This document shows positions 14,831-28,006 of a stretch of DNA of 64,000 nucleotides, one piece after another. Under the pieces are notes generated by a model. It ran no database searches and was not told where the DNA came from. It saw only the letters and a list, made by a program, of their open reading frames with translations. The translations under genes were made by a program, and so were the position numbers. The stretch covers positions 17,376,001-17,440,000 of the forward strand of contig CP086569.2 in the NCBI GenBank assembly GCA_009914755.4. Reading direction: 5' to 3'. Numbering within the stretch: the stretch's first letter is position 1; every line of letters begins with the position of its first letter. Origin of the DNA: the human T2T-CHM13v2.0 reference genome, Homo sapiens.

Positions 14831-15779
14831 TTAGTTTCAGTGATTCTATTTATATATTTATTATTTCCTTTTGTGATTTTATGTTGTGCTTAATTTGCTC
14901 TTCTTTTGCTGACTTCTTAAAAAGAAAGAACCTCTATTTTAAATCTTTAAAAGAATCAAACGCCTGTAAAGCTGTAAATATCCCCCAGGGTACTGCTTTA
15001 GCTGCATCCCACACACTTTAATAAGTTAAATGCTGACAGCTTCTTAAGTTTTTGTCCATGACCCTTGAGCTATTTACAAACATTTTCCTTCAATTGTCAA
15101 ATATTCAAAAATTTTCTATATATTTATTTTTATTGGTATTTAACTTAATTGTTTTTTAATCAATGAATATGCCTGATAAGGTTTTGAACTTTTAAAATGT
15201 ATTATTATTTATTTTGTGGCCCAGAATATAATCTGTCTTTGTGAATGCTTAATGTGCATTTGATGATCAGATACATTCTACAATTTGGGATGAATGTTCT
15301 GCAGATGTCGACTATTTCAAGTTTTTTGATAAGATTACATAAGACATTTCTATCTTCACTGATGTTATGTTTGTTACATCATTTACTGAGAAAGGAGAAC
15401 TACAATCTAACCCTGTAATTTTGAATTGGACTGTTTTCAACTCTATTTCATGTTAGAATTGTACTCTATTTTTGAATACCTATTATTGTTTTCATACATG
15501 TTTCTTATTTACATACTTTACTGATGCATTGATTCCTTTCTCATTAGAGAATATCCTATTTTGTATTTGGGTTCCCTATTTTGTTTTTTTGTGGTCTACT
15601 TTGTCAGATTTTAATATAGCTACCTCAGATTTATTAGGCCTAAAGTTTGCACAGTGTATCTTGCCAATCAACTTATTTAGAACCTAATGGATTCTAACCA
15701 TTAATACATGTCTCTTGTAAATAACATGTTGTTAGATTTTTATTTTTATCCAGTCTATTTATTACATCCATATATTAAG

Positions 15780-16450
15780 GTGTTTAGGTCATTTATATTT
15801 TTTACCTAATTTACTGAGGCATAATACATACAGTGAACTGCAACCATTTAAAATACATGGCTTAATGAGTGTGGAAAGACACATTTGCATAACCACATTT
15901 TCACTGCAATAAAAATAGAGAACATTTCTATAATTTCAAAACATTCCCTCATTCCCTTTTCCAGCCAAACCCCATCTTTTCCTGGGGCCCCTGGACATCA
16001 ATGATCTGTTTTTGGACAATGTAAATTGAAAAGCGCTTTCCAGAATATCAAATATATGGAATCATACAAAATGTATCAGTGTGTGTTTATCTTCCTTGGC
16101 TCAATATATTGTTTTGAAGCTTTCATGCCTCTGCACAGATTAATGTGTTATTCCTTTCTAAAAATAAGCCCTGATATGATTGCAGGTATATATTACATTT
16201 TTAATCTATTTGCATTTTGTTGGACATCTGTCTTCTTCTCAGTTTAAGCTGATTTAGATGTACTTTAATAAATATTTGTGAGCTTTTATGTTTTCATTTT
16301 CCTTGAGTAAGTATCAAGAAATAGAATTGCTGGGTTGTATGGTAAATTAATTTTAAAATTTATGCATACTTTCATTCTGTTCCAACCAGCAATAATATTA
16401 ATTGGCAATCTCTGGATTGGATTCTTCCAATCAAGAAAGTATGGTAAATC
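15780..16450 (-). mobile_element. Ancient LINE-1 (L1M-type) 3' region, antisense
   Basis: The reverse complement matches the old L1M ORF2 3' end and 3'UTR: ...ggaatcatacaaaatgtatcagtgtgtgtttatcttccttggctcaatatattgttttgaagctttcatgcctctgcacag...gaattgctgggttgtatggtaaatt...ttccaaccagcaataa. Confidence 0.65.
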
Positions 16451-16479
16451 TTTCAGTCTTAATATTTGCAGATTTTAGA

Positions 16480-16740
16480 AATATTTTTGTTTTATATCTC
16501 CTTTTTTCTAACATCTATTTATTATTCACCCATGTAACTATTACCTATGCATTTCTCACTTATCTCTATCTCTGTCAAATATCAATCTATATGGCTTCTA
16601 TTATCTTTCTATCATCCTACTTATATCTATCTGTCATCTATTATCTACCATCTGTCTTTCTATCATCCTATCTCTCTCTCTCTCTATGCATCCATCATGC
16701 ATCTATCTATGTATCTATTATCTATCTACCTAATCTTTAA
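16480..16740. repeat. Low-complexity TATC/ATCT-rich tract
   Basis: Repeated ctatct / tctatc / atctat motifs. Confidence 0.7.
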
Positions 16741-17379
16741 CCCACTTCACTTGTAATGGCTTTGTTTCTACTTTCTTACAGTTATTTTCTCAAAAACTCA
16801 GGTATTTCAAAATACAGATTGATGTCTAAATAAATTATATCCTAGGATTTAAAACCATCAGCTCTCATCACCATTGCTTTCACACTGCTGATCCAATTAG
16901 AAAATAACGACCTTCTTTCTGAAAATTTAATCTCACAGTTTGACCCTTACACATAATGCAAGATGTCAACATTTCACTTCTGCTAATTCTTCAAAACCTG
17001 TATTTGAGTTCTAATGTCCAAGTCCATTTTTCAGTTATATCTTAATTTTTAACATTGCATCTACTCTTACATTACCTTTATCTAAAATTTCAGAATTAAT
17101 CTCTGTCATCTAGATTCCATCATCTTTCCGAATTCTTAGAATCCTCACTTCATCAATTTTTCTTCAAATTTTTTTCCTTAAATCATGTCTACTTTCAGGC
17201 CTCTCACAACTTAAAAAGGACAAAATGGTACACTATCAACAATTTACTTTTTCTGGCATGAAGCTTATATTTGATAATTCTCCTTACTTTTCTTAACAGC
17301 TTATCTTTTGGAGTTGAAACATCTCCTGTCTCAACTTCCTCATTGCTCAATTCACTCCTTAGCCATCCTTAAAAACACG

Positions 17380-17860
17380 CCTGTTCACCCGTCTTAAAAG
17401 TGAAGCATCTCTTGCCAAAATCACAGATGGTTGCATTCCATGCTCCAAATCATACTCTTGCCTTATCATTTCCAATCACTGTAAAATATTCTAGATATTC
17501 TCCATCTCTTTGCAAGGCATACCTCTGTGGTGACTGTCTTGACTCTGCTCACTGTGTGCAAATGTTTATGGCATACCCTGGCTCAAACTGAGTCTCCTGA
17601 GTTATCTCTGGCTATGCTAATGAGATCTGTTTTCTTGAATTCTCATGCCAAAGAACACATTCCTCCATCTCTGCCTGACAAACCATCAATCCACTTCCTG
17701 GCTAATCCCTTGTCATCCTCATGGAGTCAGGTCAGATGAAATCTCTTTCACAAATATCCCCTTATACTTTTTCTGTGAGTTAGTGTCCTAACTAACTAGG
17801 ATCATGCCTAAAAATATATCAGTATTGTAATCAAATGTTTATTTATTTTTTTCCAGCACA
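17380..17860. mobile_element. Possible old MIR-like SINE fossil, tentative
   Basis: Diffuse similarity to the MIR-family core; weak. Confidence 0.2.
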
Positions 17861-18172
17861 TGATTATAATCCTTGAGGAAAAAAACACTGAAAATGTTAG
17901 ATTTCTTACCTGGGCTTTTCCACTCAGAAGTGGACTTTATCTGGTATAAGCACTCATATTTTGTTTAAAATTGGATGATATTAATTAGCTATGCCTTTTA
18001 CCTGGAACAAAACTATGCATTATAATTACAATTGTGAATCAGGAAAATGAAATAGAGGAACTTCACATTATTGGACCTGAGTTGGTAAACCACACCAAAC
18101 TTTGGAGTATTGGGCATGGAAAATGGACCCAGATAGTTCCCATAAAAGTGAAATTTGGGTGCGTGTGTGGGT

Positions 18173-18445
18173 CACACCTGTCATCCCACCACTTTGAGAT
18201 GCCAAGACAGGGGAACTCTTAAGGCTAGGCATTCAAGATCAGCCTGGGCAACATAGTGAGACTGTGTGTCTATAATCAATCAATCAATCAGTCAATCAAT
18301 CTGAGCATGGTGGTGCACCTGTAGTTCCAGGTACTCAGGAGGCTGAGGGGGAAGGATCACTTGAACTGCCCAGCAGTTCAAGACTGCAATGAATTCTGAC
18401 CATTCCACTGAATTTCTTCCTGGGTGACAGAGAGAGACCAGCTTC
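18173..18445 (+). mobile_element. Alu SINE whose central A-rich linker is replaced by a (CAAT)n microsatellite (18276-18301)
   Basis: gtgtgggtcacacctgtcatcccaccactttgagatgccaagacagg...cctgggcaacatagtgagactgtgtgtctataatcaatcaatcaatcagtcaatcaatctgagcatggtggtgcacctgtagttccaggtactcaggaggctgag... Confidence 0.85.
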
Positions 18446-18464
18446 CTTAATATCAGTCATTCAC

Positions 18465-18670
18465 AACAAGCCTGGGCAACATAGTGAAACCCTGTCTCTA
18501 TAAAAAGTAAAAAATTATTGGAGCATGGCAGTGCAACTGTAGTCCCAGATACTCAGGAGACTAAGATGGGAGGACAAATTATGCCCAGCAATTCAAGTCT
18601 GCAGTGAGCTATGATTGTGCCACTGCACTTCAACCTGAATGACAGGGTGAGTCCAGATCTCTTACAAAAA
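18465..18670 (+). mobile_element. Alu SINE, 5' truncated (end of the left monomer plus the right monomer), with poly-A tail
   Basis: cctgggcaacatagtgaaaccctgtctctataaaaagtaaaaaattattggagcatggcagtgcaactgtagtcccagatactcaggagactaag...ccactgcacttcaacctgaatgacagggtgagtccagatctcttacaaaaa. Confidence 0.8.
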
Positions 18671-18874
18671 TATCTAAAAACTGAAATTCAATGAGCACAG
18701 TGAAAGCTAGCCCAATTCTGCAAATGGTCTCATTTTCTATGAACTATTCTATCCCTAATTCACACTGAAAAAATATTGACTGCCAAGATGACCAGAAAAT
18801 TGTCAAAATATCCAGTTAAATTTTGGTCTTTAAATTACAACTTCCATCAATTTCATAAAGAGTTATCTATTATT

Positions 18875-19217
18875 TTGTTCTCATGTTGATAATTAAGACA
18901 TATCTGAAACTGGGTGATTTATAAAGGAAAGAAGTTTATTTGACTCACAGCTCAGTATGTCTGAAAAGTTACAACCATGGCAGAAGCAGCAGCAAACACG
19001 TCCTTCCTCACATAGTGGCAAGAAGAAGAAGTGCAGAAAAAGCCCTGTAAATAAACATCAGATCTGATGAGAACTCACTCACTATCATAAGAACACCATA
19101 GGGGTAACCACCCCATGATTCAATTACCTCCCACTGTGTCCCTCCCATGACATATGGGGATTATGAGAGTGACAGTTCAAGATGAGATTTGGGTGGAACA
19201 TAGACAAACAATATCAA
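18875..19217 (-). mobile_element. ERVL-MaLR solo LTR, THE1/MST-like, a second copy
   Basis: Reverse complement of the MaLR LTR: ...ctgaaactgggtgatttataaaggaaagaagtttatttgactcacagctcagtatg...catcagatctgatgagaactcactcactatcataagaacac...caagatgagatttgggtggaacatagacaaacaatatca. Confidence 0.75.
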
Positions 19218-20484
19218 AGGCTTTGTGAACTCTGGCTATATTGGATAATCCCAGGAATGTTAGAGTAATTACAGTAGTAATAAACCACAAGGAAAAGAGG
19301 CAAAAGAAAAAGTATTAACAACAAAGAAGACTTAATATTCTAAAGTTTAAAGAATGTACAAGTATAACTCTCTGCTTGTCTTCTTTATGACAAGGATCTC
19401 AGTTTATACAGAAAAAGAGCTAAAGTTTCTTAAAAACAATAAATCGTATAGAGGACATTTTAAAGCACGCTAAAAGGTTTGCTAAAGCAGGCCGTTTCTA
19501 TAAAAGATGAAAACAACATCAAAATACAATAAATGAAAAAGCAATGATGAGAAAAGAGCACAATGTGGACCATCAGCTGAGAAACCTAGTAAAGAGTAAG
19601 GAGCTGCAATCATAGAGATAAAGATGATAAAGAACAGGAAGAAAGAAGAAAATCTGTAGGGAAAACATGAAGAAAGACAGAAAGCATCAGTGTAGAAAAA
19701 AATCAATGCAATACAATTTAAAGACATAAAAAAGAATTGGTGTCTAGACAACAGAACTATGCCACCAATCAAACATTACTGATGAAATTTGGACAAACAT
19801 GTCCAAAATAACTTAACAGCTGAAATCCATCCCTGAAAAGACTCTAGTTATGTCAGCGATACCTAATCAGCCATAATTAAGAAAAAAATAAATAAACTAG
19901 GGCGGAAGTATCCTTGTCAAAAAGGTTAGGGTGATTCGTACTCCTTCGGGTTTTTAGACTGGCTTCAGTTTTGTTCTGTGGTAATATCCACCACCAAATA
20001 AAAGTGAATAAAACAAATGCAAGGAATGGAGTAAGAACCAAACATTTTTGCAACCAGCCCCTGAAGTTTTTGCATGTTGCATGCATCTCAATATTTTGCA
20101 TCTTTAGCCCTATTGGGTGTAGAAATAACAGGAAAATATTATTCAATCTAAAGCAAAAATAAACAAAAAACATAACATAATCATGACATTTTATTGTGGA
20201 CCTTTCTAGAGGACAAATTTAAGGAAAATATTAATGGTCAAAGGGAACGCATATAAAAACATGTGATTAAAGATTAGAAATAGACCTTCTGTATAATTTA
20301 AACATACCATTTATATGAAGAAACACTTTTTTCAGTTGCAAGAATTCTTTGAGGTATAGTCTTAGTGAGCTCCCTCAGAATATATTTATTGCATTGCCAT
20401 TGAGACTGAGTCAATGGAACTTCATGTCCTATTCCTTGTTTGCTGGTGTTAGAAAAGCAAAATGATAAAAAGAAGCACTGAAGT

Positions 20485-21124
<640 letters not shown>

Positions 21125-21889
21125 AGTGCATTAAAATCTCAAAATAACCCCTATACAATTAGTCCAGGTAAGCAGAAACCACTGGTACTCCAAAACAGAC
21201 TCAAATTTTTAAAAAGAAGCATTGCACTTTAATATTTAAACTACATACTAATTTAAATGTATACTCCACCTCCATATTTCTGCCACAAATGTAACACCCA
21301 AGATTGAGAAATATTCTAAAGAAAAAGGAAAGACATAAAGCAATGTAATTTTATCCCATACTATTTCTATAACCCCTTTAATAACAACAAATCCAAAAGT
21401 TATAAAAATCGACACGCCAAGTCACAATGGATTTATGATGCAGCGCCCTCTATAGGCAAGAGAGGCTTGTACTTAGTTTGCTAGGGAAGATTCCAAAATA
21501 AGCCTCCAAAAACCTGAATGCATGTTTCCATTTCTCTGAAAAACTAAGATTACAGTCTTGGAAGCCTGGGAAATCACAGGGCAAGGTGATCTGGAAACAC
21601 CAAGAAGCTAAGAGGGACATTGGTCATCTGGGAGAGGCCTTGTGCTATATCACCAGCATTAGGATGGTATTTCAGCATCCACAACCCAGTCTGAAGGCTG
21701 AGGAAGACTGCCTTGAAGGGTACTGAAGGCATGGCAACCACAATTGATCGCCAGGGTGAAATGTGTGCTCTCAGCCACACAAAACTGGAATCATGAAAAT
21801 ACTCAGTGGAGGTGTATTCCAGCAAAGGGGGATACTGTATTGCTTGAGAAGACATTCAAGAGTATAAAATGAAATGGAATGTTCAACTG

Positions 21890-22480
21890 ACCCGTTACCG
21901 GAGAGGGTCCAGATCCAGAACCAGAGGGACAGTAAGAAAGAATTCAGGGCGAGTCTATAGAGTCACGTGAAAACAAGTTTGTTAAGAAAGTAAACAAATA
22001 AAGAATGAGTACTACATAGACAGAATAGCCCCAAGGGCTGATGGTTGCCCATTTTTATGGTTATTTCTTGATTATATGCTAAAAAGAAAAGGGTGGATTA
22101 TTTATGCCTCATCTTTTTGGACCATGTATAGTAACTTCATGACATTTTCATGACATCTGTAAACTGTCATGGTGCTGGTGGGACTGCCTTTTAGCATGCT
22201 AATGCATTTTAATTAGCAAGTAATCTGCCATGAGGAGGATCAGGATTTGGCCGGCTTTTTCTTGCAAACTCTTTTATCAGCAAGGTCTTTATGACCTGTA
22301 TCTTGTGCTGACCACCTATTCATCCCATGACTTAGAATGCCTAACTGTCTGGGAATGCAGCCTAATATGTCTTAGCCTTATTTTACCCAGTGCCTATTCA
22401 AGATGGAGTCACTCTGGAACACACAAGCACTTCTACAAAATCAGTAGGCAAATAGCTTGTTTGATTAATCTCACCATTCC
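21890..22480 (+). mobile_element. ERV LTR-like repeat, family unassigned
   Basis: ...catgacatctgtaaactgtcatggtgctggtgggactgcc...ggatttggccggctttttcttgcaaactcttttatcagcaaggtctttatgacctgtatcttgtgctgaccacctattcatcccatgacttagaatgcctaactgtctgggaatgcagcctaatatgtcttagccttattttacccagtgcctattcaagatggagtcactctgg. This matches an LTR consensus I recall but cannot name. Confidence 0.45.
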
Positions 22481-24857
22481 AAAATGAGAACTGTTCTTAA
22501 AAGGGCCATTGCCAGTTCCATGAGAGAAAAATGGAAGATTCCAGAAAAATGCAGATGAGAAAACTACTTGTAAAAAAGGAGATGGTGCAAGGAGATGGAG
22601 TTCACCAAATTGTTCTCCAGAGACTCACATAAAATACAATGGACATTATCTTTAAATAATTAAACAAGATGTGAATGGTTTCAAAGAAAAATTCTAAAAG
22701 GCCAGAAAAGGGTACAAACTGAGATGAGAGAGGTCAATAAATAAATAGCAGCAATGTTAAAATATAGGAAAGCAAGTAACAAAGAGACATGGGGGAACAC
22801 AAGATAAAACCCTTTATATACATGAGGGAGATTCAAGAGTGAAGCCCACAAAATTAACTACAAACTAAGACAAAAGTCATTTTAGGATTAAAAAATGGTG
22901 GAACATTTTATTGCTGTAGAAATAATTACAACAATTGTAAAATGCACAGTATGAAATTACTGAAAGACAAGACTTTAAAAATGACCAAAATATATTTGGA
23001 TGTTAACCACCACTCTATTCTCTATTTCTATGAATATTTTAGATTGAACATATATATGAGATCATTCAATATTTATCTCTCTGTGTGTGAAAAGTAAAGT
23101 AGAGTTTCCTTTTCAAAGACTTTTCTCCCCATCTAATTAGAAATAAATGGCAACTCCTCTTAGAAGCAAAATTTATTCAAAGACCTGTGCTAACATTCTT
23201 AAATATCTGCTAGCTATAATAAAGAAATCAATGTACTTTACATTCTGAGCTCCCACAATTTATCCTAAATATTTGTCCTGGCATGCTTATACCAGTCCAA
23301 ATGTTGGGGGAAAGGCTTATGGGGTACCTGTATAAACTGGCCATTAAAATGTGGGACAATAAGTTGTGGAAAGCCACAAGAGACCTCTGACGAGGAAAGC
23401 CTTCTTATCGTCATTATGTTCCCATGCTCTGAGTGAGACTTGCTCTGTTATCCATAAACACTGTGTTCAAGGAGAAGGACACTCCTTAGAAGCATTGGAA
23501 TGTGACCAGACATGCAAGCTCCTAGTTAAGCCTGCTCCTACTAGCTGCTTTCCAATAAGTTAAAAGATACGCTGTTGAGCACAAAGGAGATTCATTTAAA
23601 CTGCCACTGCTATAGATTACGCGTATGATGCACTGCCTTTCACCAATTTGCCTTGAACATCTGCTTATTAAATCTAAGTGATTATACTCAAATAATGTGG
23701 AGACCAGAACTCTGAGCCTTTTGCAGCCTCCATTCTGAAAGTAGCTCCCTGGCTACTTTATGCCCTCTTAACCTGTCTCTTCCCATTCTTTTGTTGCCAC
23801 CAGACTTTGGGTACCCTACGGATGGTGTTGAGGCTGGTCTCCAACAGTCCAAGCCAGCATTAGGTCAAAGCCTATTCCTCTTCCTTATCTGAAGATGTTT
23901 TTACCTTTCTCAGCATTCCACAAGTTACTTCCTTCTTCCTTTGTTCTCCTCTGCTTTTGCCTCTTTTAAAACTTTCTAAGTTGCTAGCAAATCAAAACAA
24001 ATACAGAATGAGGTCCCGTTCCAGCCAATGGAAACTGGACACAGCAGTAGGGTGGACGCACCAGGTTATAAATGACCCCGTCTCCTTTGTTCAGTGTAAT
24101 CTCATGGCAAAACTGCTGGCGAGTGTAGCCTTTCTGCAGAAAGTTTAAAAATGGCCTTACTAAGGAAATTAAATTTATATTCAAGTGTTATTTTTTTACT
24201 GCACTGAGGAACGAGCATTTCAAACAAGTGCCATAAATATGTGCCATTACTGTTTCACAATAAAAACAAAAAGTAAATTTGAAAATATTAAGACGGGCAT
24301 TCAAGATAAAAATTTCAACTTTCCTACGAAATTATGAAAGAAATTACTCTCACATTTCTTTACAGTGACTTCATTAGTATGTGGCGTTGAGGAAATGTCT
24401 ATGAATTCCAGCAAAAAGGAATAATTATCCAAGACTTTTTTCCTGTCATAAACATGCTAAATTGTCCATCAACAGACTAAAATTTACAATCTAGCAAAAA
24501 CTTAGTATTCCAGTACTCGTGCAATTTACAGTAAAATTCACTTAACACAATCTAAGCAAGAGGCTGATGTGAGAAATAGGAAAGCAGAAGCTTTCATAAA
24601 TTATTATTACAGAGTCATCCACCTGAACAAACAACAGAAATAAATTCCCATAGATGTATGAAATATTTTAAATCTTAGAAATGAACATGTAAAATAATAT
24701 TACAAACGACAGTCATACTAAAGTTTATAGGGAATTATGACAGTTTCATCATCTTTAAGAACAGAAGTCCCTCATAAATCATAATTTAAATAATCAGTTA
24801 AATATGCAAAATTTTTCAAATGTAGATACATATATGTGTATATATATATTTTAAACT

Positions 24858-25660
24858 CTTATTTTAAGTATACATGTGTGTATATGTTACATAGGTAAAC
24901 TTGTGTCATGAGGATTTGTTGTATAGATTATTTCATTTTATCACCCAGGTATTAAGGCTTGTATCCATTAGTTATTTTTCTTGATCCTCTCCCTCCTCCC
25001 ACCCTCACCTTCCTATAGTCCCAAGTGTGTGTTATTTCCCTCTATGTGTCCATATGTTCTCATCATTTAACTCTCATTTCTGAGTATGAACATATGATAT
25101 TTGGTTTTCTGTTCTTCTCGCATAGTTTGCTAAAGATAATGGCCTCTAGCTCTATCCAGATTTGTGAAAAGGACATAATCTTGTTTTTTTTTTTCCTATA
25201 GCTACATAATATTCTATGGTGTATATATATCACATTTTCTTTATCCAGTATACACACCGATGGACATTTAGCTTTATTCCATGTCTTTGCTATTGTCAAT
25301 ACTGCTGCAATGAACATATGCATGCATGTGTCTTTATAATAGAATGATATCTATTTCACTGGGTACATACCCAATAATGGGATTGCTGTGTCAAGTAGTA
25401 TTTCTGCCTCTAGATCTTTAAGAAATCATCACATTGTCTTCCACAATGGTTGAACTAATTTACACTCCCACCAACGGGTAAAAGTATTTCTTTTTCTCTA
25501 CGATGTCATCAGCATCTGTTTTTTTTTTTTTGGCTTTTTGCTAACTCATTCTGACTGGTATCAGGTGTTATGCCATTTTGGTTTTGACTTGCATTACTCA
25601 AATATTCAGTAATGTCGACCTTTTTTCATATGATTGCTGGCCATGTGTATATTTTTAAAA
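24858..25660 (-). mobile_element. LINE-1 3' region (ORF2 C-terminus and 3'UTR), antisense, older primate subfamily
   Basis: The reverse complement matches the L1 3' end: ...gtatacatgtgtgtatatgttacataggtaaacttgtgtcatgagg...ccctcacc...gtgttctcatcatttaactctcatttctgagtatgaacatatgatatttggttttctgttcttctcgcatagtttgctaaagataatggcctctagctctatcca...ggtacatacccaataatgggattgctgtgtcaagtagtatttctgcctctagatctttaagaaatcatcacattgtcttccacaatggttgaactaatttacactcccaccaac. The 86-aa ORF at 25063-25323 (-) is an ORF2 C-terminal remnant. Confidence 0.85.
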
Positions 25661-25914
25661 CAAAATGAGAGTCAACGTTTAGAAGGAATAAGTACAAGTT
25701 ACTAAAAACATAACTTTATTTTAAATTTAGAGATCTCTTTAATTTTACATCATAACAAATTTTTTTGTTATAACAAAGTTATTTTCATCTATTAATAAAC
25801 TTATTAAGCTTTATTTGAAATGCCTGTTTGGTATCAGACAGTCTGCAATGTTTTTATATGGGCAAGTTACTCATAGGTCACTTAGCTTAACCATCCATTT
25901 CTCTCTCTCTGTTT

Positions 25915-26075
25915 CTGTCTCTGTGTGTGTGTATACACACATGCATATATGTGTATGTATATATATATAAAGGTATATGTACACACAACACACATATATG
26001 TATATAAAAGTGTTTCTGTTTTTATAGACATATATATATATATATATATAGAAATGTGTGTGTGTTTACAGAAAC
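25915..26075. repeat. Compound (TG)n/(TA)n/(CA)n dinucleotide repeat cluster
   Basis: gtgtgtgtgtatacacacatgcatatatgtgtatgtatatatatata...catatatatatatatatatatagaaatgtgtgtgtgtttac. Confidence 0.85.
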
Positions 26076-27979
26076 AGAGAACTCAAAGATCAATATATTA
26101 TTCTATATCTGATAAACAGTAGCCAAGTTATTTGAAGTAATCTTTACATTTCACTTGCAAAAAAAAGTAACATGTCCTATTTGTAAAAGTGGTTTTGGCT
26201 TTGGTTCTTATATAGCAACTCAAAGACATTTTAATGATTACTTTTCTTCAAAATAGTATCTTCCTTAAGTAAAATGCATTTTCATGGAAAATGTCTACAG
26301 AATTTGGATATGTCAGAAAAATTAGTTTACTGCAGAAAAGTCATCATAATGTTAATGTCATTTCAGTTTGGAAATAAAAATTTAAAACTTTCCATTACTT
26401 TTAAAATTGATTTTCGCTCAGAGGAAATAAAATAAAAACAGTGTTTTATGGAAACCCAATTAAAATATTAAGTCAGTTGTAGAAACACAGCTAAAGTACG
26501 GAATGCCTTATTCACTCATAGCTACAACTAAAACGTTTCTGCACTTAGAAATCTACATCAGGGTATTACAATATAAGTGTATCATGTTAGTTCTTAAAGC
26601 TTAGAATCTTAAGCTTCTTATTTATCACTAGTTCTCCTAGAGATACACATATTTCCAAAACAGTACAATCTTTAGGGATGATGCCCACAGATGTATTTTT
26701 GCAAACTATGCATCCTCAGTGCTAAGAATGTTCATTTGTATTGAATGAGCCAATGAAAGTTCTCATCTTTGTTCCACTTGAAAACAAACATTCCATGATC
26801 CACACTCTTTGTCATCTGTCTTCTTTGGTAGGATCTCCAAAATACTTGGCATTCTGAGGGACTAGATAACAGCAAATCTTATGTGGACTATCCTAGAGTG
26901 AACACTCAGACCTATAACCTGGCAGTCAGTCATACCTGCACAATTCTCTCTTTGAGTTCGTGAAGTTCATGAGAAGTTCTGTGAAGTCTAAAAATATGTA
27001 TGTATTTTTTTTTGCAGGAATGCTAATGTCATCTTTTATTTGCTATGGTACAAACCACTGATGGCCAACCCAGTGAGTGTGTCTATATGCAACAGTTTTA
27101 CAAAGCAGCTGCAAATTATTTGACATTAATCACATCCAAAATTAAAAGATAATATCAAGGTATCTCTTGTACATCGTGGTGACTATAGTTAATAATAATG
27201 TAGTATGTACTTGAAAATCATTAAAAACAGTAGATTTGAAGTGTTCTCACCACAAAAAAAAAAAAATGCATGTGAGGTGATGCGTATGTTAACTAGCTTA
27301 TTTAGCCATTACACGGTGAATACGTAGTTGAAAACATCATGTTATACAAGATAAATATATATAATTTTTCTCAATTGAAAATTATTAATTAATTATTTTA
27401 AAGTCGAGGGTGTAAATTTTATCCGCTTGAATCAGGAATGAATTGTGGCTACCTGGACCAACTGAGTACATTAGAAATGATGCTTTGTGGTCATAGTAAG
27501 TCCCTTCAGCTTGCACTTTACTTCCATGGGCCACGTATTTTTATGGTGCCTTCTCTTAGCATGCAGTACCCCAGTCTTCATTTCCTGAGAAGCACAGGAT
27601 ACATGGTGAAGCCACATGTTGTTGTTCTGGTCAACCATCTCAACTGAGTCCTGTTTTAAGTTGACTCAGTCCAGGCATGCACCCAGGCATGTGAGTGAAG
27701 AAACCATCCTGAATATAGACCAAGATGGTCTGTTCTAAGTGCTGTTCCATCTTCTACCTGTTGGCCTCAGCTCCAGGAGAAACAAACCACCTGCTGTCAG
27801 CACCTTATCTATATTTCTCCCCCTAAGAAACAATTAAAGTGAGATTTTCATCACTGAAATTCACACAGCCACATCTATGATTCTGTCTGAAGAAATCAGC
27901 CCAGAGTTGCCAATTTGTGCCTTTTTCACCACCTTCCATCTGTACAACAACAGTGTACTTTCTCTAACCGACATAATTA

Positions 27980-28006
27980 GAATAATCACACACACACACA
28001 CATACA
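27980..28006. repeat. (CA)n microsatellite, short
   Basis: cacacacacacacatacacacacac. Confidence 0.85.

Noticed and set aside
19480-19900. Purine-rich (A/G) stretch with a 96-aa antisense ORF; similar purine-rich stretches at 22500-22900 and 61150-61290
   Set aside because: The composition resembles ancient L1/L2 ORF1-type or A/G-rich low-complexity sequence. No specific homology could be established by eye. Any ORFs are likely artefacts of strand compositional bias.
23340-24160. CCAAT (ccaatgg) and TATA-like (ataaatga) motifs with 63-66-aa overlapping ORFs
   Set aside because: These are isolated short motifs with no supporting CpG island, ORF continuity or recognisable exon structure. The region may be a diverged LTR, but I could not substantiate it.
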